A DNA stretch of 59,632 nucleotides from an uncultured Bacilli bacterium (lineage in GTDB: Bacteria; Bacillota_I; Bacilli_A; RF39; UBA660). Position numbers and translations under genes: made by a program. Positions 59,632 through 59,632 of this stretch are shown here, piece by piece. Position 1 is the stretch's first letter. Each line of letters begins with the position of its first letter. The DNA lies in NCBI GenBank assembly GCA_904502155.1, contig CAJGDV010000001.1:1-59632 (forward strand). Direction: 5' to 3'. The notes below the pieces were generated by a model that made no database searches, was not told the DNA's origin, and saw only the letters and a program-made list of their open reading frames with translations.

Positions 59632-59632
59632 A

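Noticed and set aside
1-59632. Possibility of Mollicutes-type genetic code 4 (TGA = Trp), given the AT-richness and missing L30.
   Set aside because: TGA terminates conserved genes at the expected length (for example rsmA at 2252-2254 and the 686-aa gene at 15007-15009). Conserved Trp positions are TGG. Code 11 fits.

Overview
Visibly AT-rich Bacillota-type chromosome segment. It uses the standard code (TGA is a stop, Trp is TGG) and almost every gene is on the + strand. I saw no rRNA, tRNA, CRISPR array, transposase or integrase. The window joins several conserved Bacillus-style housekeeping blocks. (1) tatD, a yabE-like 3D-domain gene, rsmA, ung, tilS, ftsH. (2) soj, parB, an MscS-like channel, DUF951, an AbgT-family transporter, ychF, rpsF, ssb, rpsR. 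(3) gpsA on the - strand. (4) A complete S10-spc-alpha ribosomal cluster (rpsJ to rplQ with secY, adk, infA, rpmJ, rpoA) that lacks rpmD (L30) and map. (5) ecfA1-ecfA2-ecfT-truA, rplM-rpsI, mgtC, a SAM methyltransferase, an RluA-family synthase, a uracil permease and a cwlD-like amidase. The non-core content is the part worth attention. (a) At 52.4-59.4 kb there is a non-canonical type VIIb-like secretion locus. A 1526-aa EssC ATPase and an overlapping YukD/EsaB-like gene on the - strand converge on six tandem ~100-aa helical WXG100-like or helper-like genes. No EssB/EsaA/EssA and no toxin gene is in view. The six-gene array is preceded by a perfect 12-bp inverted repeat, and a 19-nt box there recurs upstream of essC. 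(b) Just upstream lies a full-length but apparently catalytically dead homologue of cofactor-independent phosphoglycerate mutase, behind a long leader. (c) A two-gene cassette is present twice (12.9-15.3 kb and 43.7-47.4 kb): a long N-terminal coiled coil, one TM helix and an extracellular tail, followed by a coupled DUF1292-like small protein. The second copy carries a poly-Asn run and highly acidic tandem repeats, and follows a Cys-rich exported protein that has a paralogue at 30.3 kb. (d) A lone Abi_2 abortive-infection gene sits at the head of an htrA-nitroreductase unit. All family assignments come from reading motifs by eye; no searches were run.
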